64,000 nucleotides of DNA from NCBI GenBank assembly GCA_034521595.1, contig JAXHMG010000003.1, positions 1,760,001 to 1,824,000 of the forward strand, in the 5' to 3' direction. The translations under genes and the position numbers were made by a program. The DNA comes from Gemmatimonadota bacterium. Its GTDB lineage: Bacteria > Gemmatimonadota > Gemmatimonadetes > Longimicrobiales > Gaopeijiaceae. Below, one piece after another: positions 39,943 through 51,149 of this stretch. The notes under the pieces are model-generated. The model was not told the origin of the DNA, made no database searches, and worked only from the letters and a program-made list of their open reading frames with translations. Numbering within the stretch: the stretch's first letter is position 1; every line of letters starts with the position of its first letter.

Positions 39943-41046
39943 CTAAGGCACGGGGACTTCGTATCCTCGCCGCTCGACGCTCTCGCGGTTGTCTTCGATG
40001 AACCGCCGGATCGTCGTCATCGGAACCGAGAGCGTCACTCCGTACTGGATGCGGAGGTGCTCCTCGAGGAAGATCGGCCCCTCGTACGGAACGGCCGGAT
40101 CGTGCCCGTCCGTCGCCGCGTCGGGAGGCACGAGCCGCGGTTCGCTCACGGCCGAGGCCGCCCGTGCCATGCCGATCCATTCGAGCCCTTCCTCCTCACC
40201 GCGCACCGCCAGGACGGCTCCTCCACTCACCCCCTGATTCCAGTTGCCGTCGATGACGAACGAGCCACGCTCGTCGCCTCGCGGCGTCGCGATGCCCCGG
40301 CTCACCATGCGGTAGCCGCCAGGGTAGCCCAGGATGTACACGAAGGAGCCCGGACCGAGGTCGGACGGGTCACCGGCGCGCACGGGCAACGGTCGCACCT
40401 CCTCGAGACCGCCGGGCTCGAGGGCAGGCACGGCGAGCAGGGCGACGTCCTCGTCCGAATCCCACGCGAGCAGCTCGAACGTGCGAGGTCCCGGCAAACC
40501 CAGGACCCAGTTGGTCTGGAGCCTCTTGATGGAGACGCTCCGGATCCTCCGCTCCGGATCGTCCACCGCGCCGGAAGGAGGGCCGAAGTGCTCGACGACC
40601 GTATCCGGCCGAAACGCCGCGTGGGCCGCCGTCACGAGGACCACGCCCGCGGGGGAGCGGGAGAGGACGACCGCGGTCGCCCGGCGGGTCTCGGAGACCT
40701 CCTCGCGGAACGCCGCCCGGGCGAGCAAGTCCTCGCCCCCTTCGAGCTCACTCCGGATAGGTGCGCTCTCTTCCGCGAAGGAGTAGATCTCGTACTCGGT
40801 CGATACCTGGATCTGCTTGACCGCCTCGAACGCGGCTTCGAGCCGCTCCGCCATGTCCACGGTGGGAAAGGAGGAGCGATAGCCCCCGGGAGCGCCGCGC
40901 TCGGCCGCGGAAGGGCGCACGCGCTCGGTTCCGGAAGGGCTCGCGCAACCGAGGGCAAAGGCAACCGCCACGATCGGGACCGACCGCCACGAACACGGGG
41001 CCCACGCCCAACCATCGAATCCCGACCTCGGGTGACCCGGCATCAT
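39943..41046 (-). CDS. Trypsin-like serine protease, probable lipoprotein
   Basis: VTAAH, DVALL, GYP and GVSGG triad motifs; lipobox ALGC. Start uncertain. Confidence 0.75.
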   Translation of the reverse strand: MMPGHPRSGFDGWAWAPCSWRSVPIVAVAFALGCASPSGTERVRPSAAERGAPGGYRSSFPTVDMAERLEAAFEAVKQIQVSTEYEIYSFAEESAPIRSELEGGEDLLARAAFREEVSETRRATAVVLSRSPAGVVLVTAAHAAFRPDTVVEHFGPPSGAVDDPERRIRSVSIKRLQTNWVLGLPGPRTFELLAWDSDEDVALLAVPALEPGGLEEVRPLPVRAGDPSDLGPGSFVYILGYPGGYRMVSRGIATPRGDERGSFVIDGNWNQGVSGGAVLAVRGEEEGLEWIGMARAASAVSEPRLVPPDAATDGHDPAVPYEGPIFLEEHLRIQYGVTLSVPMTTIRRFIEDNRESVERRGYEVPVP

Positions 41047-41085
41047 GCTCGGAACGTAGCAACCGGGCACGCGCCCCGTCCATGC

Positions 41086-43762
41086 TCACCGGTCCCCGCG
41101 CAATGCCTCCGTCACGGCACGCATCAACGATTCCGGCGTGAACGGCTTCGGCACGAAGGCGGCTCCGATCTCCCGGATGGAGCTGTGCACCTCGGCTTCC
41201 GTGTATCCCGAGGTGAGCACGGCCGCCAGGCCCGGATGGCGGAGCTGCAGCTCCTTCAGAAGCTGCACCCCGCCCATGTCGGGCATCACCACGTCGCTGA
41301 GGACGACGTCGATCGCGCCGTCGTGACGATCCGCGAGCGCGAGGGCCTCCCTGCCGTCCGAAGCCTCGAGCACCGTACAGCCCTCACGGGACAGGACCCG
41401 TCGGGCGACCCTTCTCACCGCCGGGTCGTCCTCGACCACCAGGACGACCACCGCCTCCGGCGACGGCGGCGCGCCGGTCGGCTCCGCGTCCTCTTCCGTC
41501 ACCGCGGCGGTGACTCGCGGAAGAAGCACTTCGAACAGTGTCCCCCGCCCCGGCGTGCTGTCCACGAACACGTGACCGCTGCTCTGCTTCACGATCCCGT
41601 AGACCGTCGCCAGCCCGAGGCCGGTCCCGTACCCCTCGGCCTTCGTCGTGAAGAAGGGGTCGAAGACGTGGCTCAGGACGTCCAGGGTCATGCCGGTGCC
41701 GTCGTCGCGCACCGTCACCCGCGCGTAGGGTCCGGAGGCCATCTCCCAGGAGACCGCCTCCGTCTCTTCGACCGACACGCTCCTCGCGTCGACCCCGAGG
41801 GTGATGCGCCCACTCCCTTCGATGGCATCGACCGCGTTCACCACGAGGTTCAGGACGATCTGCTGGAGTTGTGTGGGATCGGCACGCACCACGACGTCCT
41901 CGGTTTCGACACGTACCTCGAGGTCGATCCGCTCGGGCACGAGGCGCCGGAGCATGGTGTTCAACTCCCGCGCGGCGCTCCCGAGCTCGATGTTACGCTC
42001 CTGGAGCGCTTGCTTCCGGCTAAAGGCCAGAAGCTGCCGCGTGAGATCGGCCGCGCGTCGACCGGAATCGCGGATCTCGTTCACGTCCTCCTGAAGGGGC
42101 GATTCCTCGTCGATCTCCTCCAACAGGAAGCTGGCGTGTCCTTCGATGGCCGTCAGGAGGTTGTTGAAGTCGTGGGCCACGCCCGCCGCCAAGCGCCCGA
42201 TGGCTTCCATCTTCTCGGCCTGCCGGAGCCGCTCTTCGAGGGTGATGCGCTCGCTGATGTCCACTCCGGAGAAGATGCGTCCGCCCGGAGATCCGTCGGG
42301 ATTCACCGCGGGCGTGGCGCTCGTCTGAACCACGAGCACACCCCCGTCCTTCTTGCGAAGCCGGAGCTCTCCCTCCCACCGTTTTCCGGCGCGGCCCCTC
42401 TCGCTGGCTTCGACCGCACGCGCTCGGTCCTCCTCGACGACGAGCACGTCGACGAGCGGCCCGCCCTCGATTTCGGCCCAGCTAAAACCCGTCAGCTCCT
42501 CCGCGGCACGATTCCAGTACGTCAACCGGCCGTCCTCGTCGACGGCCAGAACGGGCTGCCCCACCCGTTCGAGCAGGGCCGCCTGAAAGCGCACCTGCCT
42601 GGCCCGCTCCACACGCTCAGTGAGGTCGCGGACGACGCTCACCACGCCCCCCGTCCAGCCCTCTGCGCGGGTCGAGGAGCGACACCGTGACTTCCACCGG
42701 AAACGCGCGCCCGTCCTTCGTCCGCATGCGGAACTCGGTCCGGTGGCCTCCCTTCTCACGAAGCGCGGGGACACTCTCGTCGTGAAAGCGCTGGAAGGAT
42801 GCCTCGTCGACGTGGAGCAACCGGGTCGAGCGGCCCACCATTTCCTCGGCCCGGTAGCCGAACATCGACTCGGCCGCCGCGTTGCAGTGCACGATCGTGC
42901 GGCCCTCGGGCTCCACCGTGAAGACCGCGTCCTCGAGCGCGCCGAGCGTGCGCTCCAGGCGGCGCGCCGTCGCGGCCGCCTCCTGCCGGGTCTCGTGGAG
43001 CTCGGTAACGTCGCGCGAGCTCACGACGAAGCCACGGATGTGCGGATCGTCGAAGCAGTTCTGGGCAATCGTGTCGAGGTGCCGCCAGCTCCCGTCCTTG
43101 TGGCGGACCCGGTACTTGAAGTGCGAGGCGTAGGTGGGGTCCTCGAGAAGCCGGGCGACTTCGTCGAACACCAGGCCTCGATCGTCCGGGTGAACCTCGA
43201 GGGCGCCGTCGGCCCCTTGCTTCTCTTCCGGACGGTAGCCGAGCACGCGCCGGAGCGACGGGCTCACGTACCGGATCGTGAGATCGTGCTCCAGGATGGA
43301 CACGAGGTCGCGCGAGTTCTCCACGAGCGCACGGTACTGGGCTTCGGCGTACTGTCTGCGTCCCCGCTCGATGGCGTAGCGGATCGACCGCAGGAGGAGC
43401 TTACCCGAGAGCTCGTCCTTCGGGAGGAAGTCGGCCGCCCCACGCCGCACCGCCTCACGCCCCTGACCGTCTCCGACTCCTCCGGTCAGCACGATCACCG
43501 GCACGTGCGGCCCTTCGGCGAGCACACGGTCGAGCGTTTCGAGCCCGTTGGAGTCGGGGAGGTCGAGATCGAGCAGGACGGCACGGAAGCGTCCGCCGTC
43601 CAGCATCGCCCGTGCCTCGGACAGGGACCCCGCCGTCTCGATGCGCGGGCTCTCCTCTTCGACGTCGGACAAGTACTCCCGGACGAGATCCACGTCCGCC
43701 GGGTTGTCCTCGATCAGGAGGAGCGGACGCTCGGCCGGCCCCTGTTCCATCGACACGCTCAT
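41086..43762 (-). CDS. REC-PAS-PAS-PAS hybrid histidine kinase (one +1 frameshift in the C6 run 42647-42652)
   Basis: The two overlapping ORFs join as LDGG-VVSVVRDLTER if one G is removed; AHDFNNLL, GTGLGL, terminal receiver. Confidence 0.85.
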
Positions 43763-43776
43763 CGTCGCGGCTCCCC

Positions 43777-44211
43777 TCACCCCTTCGGGAGGCGGACGAC
43801 GGTAAACCAGAAATCCTCCAACGTCTGAATCGTGCGGAAGAACTGCTCGAAATCCACGGGCTTGACGATGTACGCGTTGGCCCGGTGCTCGTAGGCATCC
43901 AGGACGTCCTGCTCCGCCTCGGAGGTCGTGAGGACGACGACCGGGATGCTGCTCAGGGCCGAATCGCCCTTGACCTCGTAGAGCACTTCTCGCCCGTCCT
44001 TCCGCGGCATGTTCAGGTCGAGCAGGATGAGATCGGGACGCGGCGCCTCGGCGTAGGGCTCTTCGCGACGGAGGAACGCCATGGCCACCACTCCGTCCTC
44101 CGCCACGTGCACGTTGTTCCGGAGCTTGGCCTCCTCGAGCGCTTCCAAGGTCAGGTCCACGTCTCCCGGATTGTCCTCGACCAGGAGAATCTCCGCAGGC
44201 TGAATGTTCAT
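43777..44211 (-). CDS. Single-domain response regulator, Rcp1-like
   Basis: [36 protein letters not shown]-terminus. Confidence 0.92.
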   Translation of the reverse strand: MNIQPAEILLVEDNPGDVDLTLEALEEAKLRNNVHVAEDGVVAMAFLRREEPYAEAPRPDLILLDLNMPRKDGREVLYEVKGDSALSSIPVVVLTTSEAEQDVLDAYEHRANAYIVKPVDFEQFFRTIQTLEDFWFTVVRLPKG

Positions 44212-45278
44212 GCGTCCTCGCTCGAGGGGAGCGTGAAGGAAAACGTGGACCCCGCGCCGGGCCGTGAGTCGATCCACAGGCGCCCTCCGTGACGCTCCAC
44301 GATGCGCTTGCAGAGCGCAAGCCCGATGCCCGTGCCTTCCTTGTCCCGTCCGTGCAGCCGTTGAAAGATGACGAAGACACGGTCGAAGTACTCGGGGTCG
44401 ATGCCGATCCCTTCGTCACGCACGGAGATCGTCGTCCACCCGTCCCCACGGCGCCCCGACACATGGACCACCGGCGGTCCGTCTCCCGCGAACTTGAGCG
44501 CGTTCTCGAGGAGGTTCCGGAAGAGCTGCCGGAGCTGACCCGGATCGGCCCGGAGGCCCGGTAGCGGATCGTAGGTGACGCTGGCCCCGCTCTCCCGAAT
44601 CTTCATGGCGAAGTCACGCAGCACTTCCTCGAGGGTGCGGGTCGGATCAATGGCGACCACGTCCCGCCCCTGGGTATTGATCCGGGAGTAGGCCAGGAGA
44701 TCCTGGATGAGCATCTTCATCCGGTCAGCCCCGTCGGCCGCGTAGGCGATGTACCTGTCGGCCCGCTCATCGAGCCGACCTTCGTACCGACGCGCCAGGA
44801 GCCGGGTATAGCTCGCCACCATCCGGAGCGGCTCCTGAAGGTCGTGTGACGCGACGGAAGCGAAGCGTTCGAGATCCTCGTTGGATCGCTCGAGCTCCTC
44901 CCGGGCCAGGGTCCGCTCGGTGAGGTCCTGCATCGCCAACAGAATCAGCGACGTCCCCTCCGCCTCCAAGCGGTGCGCGTTGAGCACCATGACCCGTCGA
45001 CCGAGATCCGGGAAATGGTGGTCGACCTCGAAGTCGTCGATCGTGACGTCGTCGGAGAGAATGTCCTCGAGGAGCTCCCTGAGGGCGGGAATGTCCCACT
45101 GACCGTTGCCGAGCTCGAAGAGCATCGAGCCCAGCGTCTCCTCCGCACGCGCTTGAAACGTCCGGTAGTACGCCGGATTCGCGGAGCGCACGCGAAGGTC
45201 CGCGTCGAGGATCAGCAAGGGCTCGCGCACGGTGCGCACGACGGCCTCCGCCAATCCCGGAGCCTCGATATCGACCAT
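44208..45278 (-). CDS. Cytoplasmic PAS histidine kinase (Cph1-type kinase core)
   Basis: [26 protein letters not shown]; no TM. Confidence 0.9.
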   Translation of the reverse strand: MVDIEAPGLAEAVVRTVREPLLILDADLRVRSANPAYYRTFQARAEETLGSMLFELGNGQWDIPALRELLEDILSDDVTIDDFEVDHHFPDLGRRVMVLNAHRLEAEGTSLILLAMQDLTERTLAREELERSNEDLERFASVASHDLQEPLRMVASYTRLLARRYEGRLDERADRYIAYAADGADRMKMLIQDLLAYSRINTQGRDVVAIDPTRTLEEVLRDFAMKIRESGASVTYDPLPGLRADPGQLRQLFRNLLENALKFAGDGPPVVHVSGRRGDGWTTISVRDEGIGIDPEYFDRVFVIFQRLHGRDKEGTGIGLALCKRIVERHGGRLWIDSRPGAGSTFSFTLPSSEDA

Positions 45279-45610
45279 TCCGTTGTGCTCGCTCGGCCGG
45301 GAGGGAGGAGGCCAGGGTGGGACGCACCCGTCACGGACAACGTACATGGTGCTCGGGACGGGTGCCAGAACCGGGGCGGCCACCGGCAAAGGCGAGCCGA
45401 CGCCCCCGGCCTGGAGATGCGTTCGGCACCTCGCCGGACTCCGGCTCCGGTGCGGGTCTTGCATGTCGGTAGCGCCATCCAGGGCACGCCGCGTCCGTTG
45501 CGGTCGGCCTTGCCCTGCGGCAGACTCAGGCTCGGAGCGTAGACGGCGGGAGAGCATCCGATGGATCCATTCGAGTTGGACGAGGGGGACGGCGGCAACG
45601 GAGGCGCGGC

Positions 45611-47824
45611 GTGACGCCGGACGGGGACCGAGGCCGGACCGACGCGGCGCTCCGGTCCGGGGACTTCCTGAAGCCCCACGCCGCGCTGGTCGTCCTGGGG
45701 GCGATCCCCGTGCTCGCATTGGCCGCGGTTGCCTACGTGGTCTCGGCGCGCGCCATGGAAGCCATGGTCTACCAGGGCAACGACGCCGCCGCGCTGATCA
45801 CGGCATCCCTCGTCGAGCGCGAATTCGACCAATGGGAAGCGACGGTGACGAGCCACGCGGACGTCCCGACCCTACGGAGCGCCGTGGACGAGGGGAACGT
45901 GGACGCCGTGCGGCGTCACCTCGAGATCCTCGTCTCCGCCCACGCCCGCTTGGACCGTGCCTTCGTCACGGATACGACAGGCTTGCTGTGGTCCGACTTC
46001 CCCGCAGCTCCCGAATCGCTGGGCCGCCGCTTCGACGACCGAGCCTGGTTCCGCGGCGTGCGCGAAGGTCCGGGCCCGCACGTCTCGGAGGTCTACCGCC
46101 GGAACGCGGAGCCGGCCATCCAGGTCGTGGCGGTCGCCGTGCCGGTGCGGTCACCGGCCTCGGACGTCCCGCTCGGCTTCCTGGTGGCCCAGGTCCGGCT
46201 CGACGGCCTCTCCGAGCTCCTCGGCCGGGTGGAAGTCGGAGACGAAGGAAGCGTGCTTCTTCTCGATCACACGGGCGCGTTGGCGGCGCATCCGTCCCTC
46301 GACCTCGAGCGCCGCCGGTACGAGGAATACGCCGAGGTCGCCGTCTCTTCCCCGACTCCGTCGGCCACGGAACGGGGCGGCCGGTACACCGATCCCGTCA
46401 CCGGGCAGGAGGTGCTCGCCTCATCCGTCCAGAGCCGGGTCGGCCCCCACGATTGGACGGTGATAGCACAGCAGTCGGTGGCCTCCGCGTTCGCGCCCAT
46501 CCGGACCCTGTCCCTCCAGCTCGGCGCAGCCGGACTCCTCATGTGCGTCCTGATGGGCGTGCTCCTGCGAGGGGTCGCACGCGAGACCGCCCGCAGACGC
46601 AGGGCCGAGGAGGATCTCGTCGCCGTCAACGAGGAGCTGGAGCGGAGGGTGGAGGAAGGGACGTCCGCGCTGGAAGCGAAGGAAAGCGAGCTCATGCAGG
46701 CCCAGAAGATGGAAGCCGTGGGACAGCTCGCGGGCGGGGTCGCCCACGACTTCAACAACCTCCTCACGGTCATCATGGGATCCACCGACCTCGTCTTGCT
46801 CGAGCTGGGCGAGGACGCCCCGGAGCGCGGCGAGATCGAGGATATCCGCCATGCCGCGGCGAGGGGGGCCGAGCTGACCCGCCAGCTTCTCGCGTTCAGC
46901 CGCAAGCAGGTGCTCCAACCGGAAATCCTCGACGTGAACGAGGCCGTGGAGCGCATGCGGAGCTTGTTGGACCGGGTGCTGGGCGCACAGATCGATCTCG
47001 TGTGGCGCCTGAGCCCCGAGCTACATCCGGTGAAGTTCGACCCCGTCCAGATCGAGCAGATCGTCATGAACCTCGCCGTGAACGCGCGGGACGCGATGCC
47101 CCGGGGCGGCAAGCTCACCATCGAAACGGCGAACGTCGACTTGGACGACGCGTACGTCGAGGACCATGTCGATGCGCAGCCGGGGCCGCACGTGGTGCTG
47201 GCCGTCACCGACACGGGACACGGGATAGACGCCGAGACGCGGCGCAGGATCTTCGAGCCCTTCTTCACGACCAAGCGTTCGGGACGGGGCACGGGGCTCG
47301 GGCTCTCGACCGTGTACGGGATCGTCCGTCAGGGTGGCGGCAACATCTGGGTCTACAGCGAGCCCGGAAGGGGCACCACGTTCAAGGTGTATCTGCCGCG
47401 CACCACGGACGTGCCTCATCCGAAGCAGGGGCCCGCGCCGCCCACCACCGACGTCGAGACCGGCACGATTCTCGTCGTGGAAGACGACGACGCCGTCCGG
47501 GCACTCCTGGTCCGTATCCTACGCGGGGCGGGCTACGAGGTGCTGGAGGCCTCCGATGCCGAGACGGCCGTCGCGGCGCTCCGGGCCTGTGACGGCGACG
47601 TCGATCTCCTCCTGACCGACGTCGTCCTCCCGGACACGAGCGGCCCCGACGTGGCGGCGCGGCTGGAGCGGGAGCAAGGAGACCTCGAGGTCCTCTACAT
47701 GTCCGGGTACACGGACAACGCCATCGTGCATCACGGGGTGCTGGACGAAGGCACCGCGTTCATCGAAAAGCCCTTCCGCCCGCGCACGCTCCTCGAGAAG
47801 GTCCGGGAAGCGCTGGGAGCTTGA
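45611..47824 (+). CDS. Cache-domain hybrid sensor kinase
   Basis: TM-Cache (DRAWF)-TM; AHDFNNLL, NARDAM, GTGLGL; receiver. Confidence 0.92.
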   Translation: MTPDGDRGRTDAALRSGDFLKPHAALVVLGAIPVLALAAVAYVVSARAMEAMVYQGNDAAALITASLVEREFDQWEATVTSHADVPTLRSAVDEGNVDAVRRHLEILVSAHARLDRAFVTDTTGLLWSDFPAAPESLGRRFDDRAWFRGVREGPGPHVSEVYRRNAEPAIQVVAVAVPVRSPASDVPLGFLVAQVRLDGLSELLGRVEVGDEGSVLLLDHTGALAAHPSLDLERRRYEEYAEVAVSSPTPSATERGGRYTDPVTGQEVLASSVQSRVGPHDWTVIAQQSVASAFAPIRTLSLQLGAAGLLMCVLMGVLLRGVARETARRRRAEEDLVAVNEELERRVEEGTSALEAKESELMQAQKMEAVGQLAGGVAHDFNNLLTVIMGSTDLVLLELGEDAPERGEIEDIRHAAARGAELTRQLLAFSRKQVLQPEILDVNEAVERMRSLLDRVLGAQIDLVWRLSPELHPVKFDPVQIEQIVMNLAVNARDAMPRGGKLTIETANVDLDDAYVEDHVDAQPGPHVVLAVTDTGHGIDAETRRRIFEPFFTTKRSGRGTGLGLSTVYGIVRQGGGNIWVYSEPGRGTTFKVYLPRTTDVPHPKQGPAPPTTDVETGTILVVEDDDAVRALLVRILRGAGYEVLEASDAETAVAALRACDGDVDLLLTDVVLPDTSGPDVAARLEREQGDLEVLYMSGYTDNAIVHHGVLDEGTAFIEKPFRPRTLLEKVREALGA

Positions 47825-47833
47825 GCTCCCGTG

Positions 47834-49177
47834 TCATCCGGCGCCCACGGGCGAAGAGGGCGCGTCCCCTTCACGGGCGAACTCCTCCCGGAACCGGCGC
47901 GTGTGCGCGGCGGGATCGTGGACCCGAAGCACCTCGACGCCCCTGCGCGCCAGATCCAGGCTCACCTCCACGGTGGCCTCGTCCCGCTCGGGCGCGGGGC
48001 GGTCCGTCACGCTCCGGAAGAAGGACTTCCGGCTGTGGCCGACCAGGAGCGGCGCGCCCAGCGAGTGGAGACGCTCCACTTCGCTCAGGATCGTCCAGTT
48101 CTGCGCGGTGGTCTTGCCGAAACCGATCCCCGGGTCGAAGTAGACGCGCCTGGACGGAATGCCCTTGCGTCGGAGGGCCTCCAACCGCTCCCGGCCCCAC
48201 TCCGCGAGCTGCTCCACCGGGTCCCGGTCCTCGGGCAGGAACTCCCACTTGACCACGGGGACCGAGAGCGAGTGCATGCACACGAGGTCCACCTCGGCGC
48301 CGGACACGACGTCCACCAGGGCCGGATCGGCGAAGCCCGTGACGTCGTTGACGATGTCGACACCACGCTCGAGGGCCCACGAGACCGTCTCGGGATTTCT
48401 CGAATCGAGGCTGAGCCGGTAGCGGTCCCGCCGCAGGTCCTGCAGCGCGTCGAGCACCGGTCGGAGCCTCGCCCGCTCCTCGGCGACCGGCACGCGAACC
48501 CCATCCGGACGGGTCGATTCCGCGCCCACGTCGAGGATCTCGGCCCCGCCGTCGAGGAGGCGCTCCGCCTGCGCCAGCGCAGTCCCTGCATCCGTGAAGC
48601 GCCCCCCGTCGCTGAAGCTGTCCGGCGTCACGTTGAGGATCCCCATGAGCCTCGGCCACCGAACCCGAAAATCGGACTCGGGCGAAGGTCCGGCGGGCCG
48701 TGGATCCGTGCCGGCGACACGGGCCGCGTGCTCTCGGAACGATGCGCCCTCGTGGACGGCGTCCGGCACGAGGTCGCGGAGCGGCTCGAGCACGAAGCTC
48801 CGCTCGAGAAGTCCCGGGTGGGGGACCTGGAGCTCCGGTCGGTCGACGGTGACGCCCGACCACCAGAGGATATCGATGTCGATGACGCGGGGCGCCCAGC
48901 GATCCGCGGCCTCGCGCCCGACGGTCCGCTCGATCTGCTTCACCCGCCGCAGCAGGGCCTCGGGATCCAGGGTCGTCTCGCCGACGAGGGCGCAGTTCAA
49001 AAACGGCCGCCGCCAGGCCTCGGGGGCTCCGTCGGGGACCAGGGCATCGGACGTGTAGACGCGGCTCAGCCGGGCGCCGGTCAGGGGCGCGTCCGGGCCT
49101 CGAGCCAGAAGGTTCACGGCCCGCTTCAGGTGCGTCTCGCGATCGCCCAGATTGCTTCCCAGCCCCAGAACGAGCAC
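47834..49177 (-). CDS. folKP: Bifunctional HPPK-dihydropteroate synthase (FolK-FolP fusion)
   Basis: LGLGSNLG, WAPRVIDIDIL and PHP (FolK), then GILNVTPDSFSDGG, GAESTRP, DPGIGFGK, GHSRKSF and RVHD (FolP). Confidence 0.93.
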   Translation of the reverse strand: MLVLGLGSNLGDRETHLKRAVNLLARGPDAPLTGARLSRVYTSDALVPDGAPEAWRRPFLNCALVGETTLDPEALLRRVKQIERTVGREAADRWAPRVIDIDILWWSGVTVDRPELQVPHPGLLERSFVLEPLRDLVPDAVHEGASFREHAARVAGTDPRPAGPSPESDFRVRWPRLMGILNVTPDSFSDGGRFTDAGTALAQAERLLDGGAEILDVGAESTRPDGVRVPVAEERARLRPVLDALQDLRRDRYRLSLDSRNPETVSWALERGVDIVNDVTGFADPALVDVVSGAEVDLVCMHSLSVPVVKWEFLPEDRDPVEQLAEWGRERLEALRRKGIPSRRVYFDPGIGFGKTTAQNWTILSEVERLHSLGAPLLVGHSRKSFFRSVTDRPAPERDEATVEVSLDLARRGVEVLRVHDPAAHTRRFREEFAREGDAPSSPVGAG

Positions 49178-49181
49178 GACT

Positions 49182-49556
49182 TCAGCCCACCAGCGTGAAG
49201 ACCGCCCCTCCGGTGATCTCCGGAACAGGCGGCGTCACTTTCCGGACCGCGATCTCCAACGTGTGCTCGGGCGGCACCAGGGCCCGGAGGTTCTCGAACA
49301 CCCGCCCGGCCAGATGCTCGACCAGATCGAACCTCCGGTCGGCCACGACCTCCTTGATCCGGTCGACGACCGTCCCGTAGTCCACCGTGTCGGCGAGGTC
49401 GTCCGTCTCGACCCCCGCGGGGGGCGACGCGAAGCGGATCGTGACCTCGAACTCGACCCGCTGGGGCTCATCCTGCTCCCCCGGCAGGCAACCGAGTCGA
49501 ACGGGCACGGCGATGCCCCGAATGACGAGGTGAGCCGAGCGGACGGTGGATGACAT
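49182..49556 (-). CDS. folB: Dihydroneopterin aldolase
   Basis: GCLPGEQ..Q, TDDLADTVDY, LVEHLA, VRK..PP. Confidence 0.92.
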   Translation of the reverse strand: MSSTVRSAHLVIRGIAVPVRLGCLPGEQDEPQRVEFEVTIRFASPPAGVETDDLADTVDYGTVVDRIKEVVADRRFDLVEHLAGRVFENLRALVPPEHTLEIAVRKVTPPVPEITGGAVFTLVG

Positions 49557-50682
49557 GGTGGCGTGCTCGAGAGGGGTTCAGTGCAGAGCACGAAGGGAAA
49601 CAGGATGTGGGCCGAGGGGGAAGAGGCCTCGGGGGACGAGCCGCGGTCGGCCGACGACCCTTCGCGTGAGCGCGACGGGCCGGCGCTGCCCATGCGAGCA
49701 TTCACGCTGCACGGGCCACACGTCCATAGGAGTACCGTTCGCAGTCCGCTGGCGGAGCTCCGGCCAGAGCCGGGTGATCCCGTGCGAGCCCCCTCGTCCG
49801 GCATCGGCTCAGCGGACTGCAGCCGTCAGCGAATATCCTCCGCTCACCCGTTCCCGTTGCGAGCGCTTCACTGCTCACGCTCCTTTCGGATCCGAACCGA
49901 CCATCGGCGATGTCGACCGCGCTCACCCTCCTGCCTCCGTCGACGCTGATGCTCGGACTGCGGGTCCGAGGTCCGGCTCGTGGAGCCGCTGCTCCTCCGA
50001 GCGCCTCAGCCCGGTTCGGCGGCTGCGCGGACGTGACTCTTCTTCGCGCGTCCAGGTACCGGAGATCGACGAAGTTCATGGTCAGCGTGTCGTTCGCCGA
50101 CGGCGACGGGCTGCGTCGCCCGCCACTCGCTCAACGACTCGTCGGAGCCGCTGAGACGTCGAGGCGATAATCCCCTTCGAACCTTTCCGACCGACGAGGC
50201 GGACGTCGTCATCGAGCAGGGCTCACGCGTCTCGGACGCACACGTGCGACGACGCGATCGAGACCGGCGGGCCTCGTGGTCGACTGCCGCGACCTGGACC
50301 GCGGAATCGCGGAACGGCGACGGTGCGGATCACGCCGCCCGCGAGGACACGAACGGAGGCCACGGCGACCTCCTGCTCGAGGACGCGGTGTCCACGTCGG
50401 AGGGCGGGGATACCGTCTCGCTCAGACCGACTCGGAGTCGGGTGGACCGTCTCCGTAGGGCTGGATATCCGGGCTGAGCGTGCGCCGGTCGTTCACAGCC
50501 CCTCCGGGGGAGAGGCAGCCGCGCAGAGCTTCCCCGAGCGCCGAGGCCGAGCCCAACCTTTTCTCCGGAACGTCCCGGGGCATCCGGGCGGCATCGGGGT
50601 ATCACGCTCACCCCTGGGCGATCCCCGGGATCGGGAGCGAGCGCTCTCACTGTGCACCCGCCGTCGTGAGGAGAGCGGTACC

Positions 50683-50850
50683 ATGCCCATCTACGACTAC
50701 GTCTGCGAGCGCTGTGGCCACGAGTTCCAGGTCCAGGAGCGGATCTCGGTGGCACGCGGCGGGAGCAAACCGGTATGCCCCGAGTGCGAGAGCCCAAAGG
50801 TCGGGCGCGTGTTCACGCCGGCGTTCGTGAAGACCGGCCGGAAGAGCTGA
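50683..50850 (+). CDS. FmdB family zinc-ribbon protein
   Basis: MPIYDYVCERCGHEF..CPECES; GAGGAG RBS. Confidence 0.88.
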   Translation: MPIYDYVCERCGHEFQVQERISVARGGSKPVCPECESPKVGRVFTPAFVKTGRKS

Positions 50851-51149
50851 GCCCTCACGCCACAGGCGCAAGGACTTCTCCACAGGAGGAGCGGCTGGGG
50901 GCATACCTCTGGGATGGGTACTTCCAGGTCGACGTCTCCCTCTCCCGAGACGTGGATCCGCTTCGCCGGCGGCACGGGACCAACCCGCGGCGGGCCGCCG
51001 GGGCCTGTTTCCTTCGGTGGCCCCGCCCAGGCTGCGGTCCGACTCCCCCGTCACCCGTGGGGTACAGCTTGCGCCCGCTGGTGGAACCTCCCGGCCCCTC
51101 GTATTGTTCTAGCAGGGGCTGAAGGGAGCGAACGCGGGGGAAAAACCCT

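Noticed and set aside
39883..42690. Very long antisense or alternate-frame ORFs (e.g. 935 aa here; also 19408-21735, 45232-47592)
   Set aside because: Arg/Pro/Gly-rich shadows of real genes, expected at this GC content; no motifs.
45279..45610. sigma54 promoter candidates between the divergent kinases
   Set aside because: TGGC motifs are present but lack GC at the required GG-N10-GC spacing.
49557..49760. ZTP or THF riboswitch upstream of folB
   Set aside because: A GCCGACCGC segment resembles part of the ZTP 3' stem, but the CCUGGGC end and the 5' GACUGGCG domain are missing.
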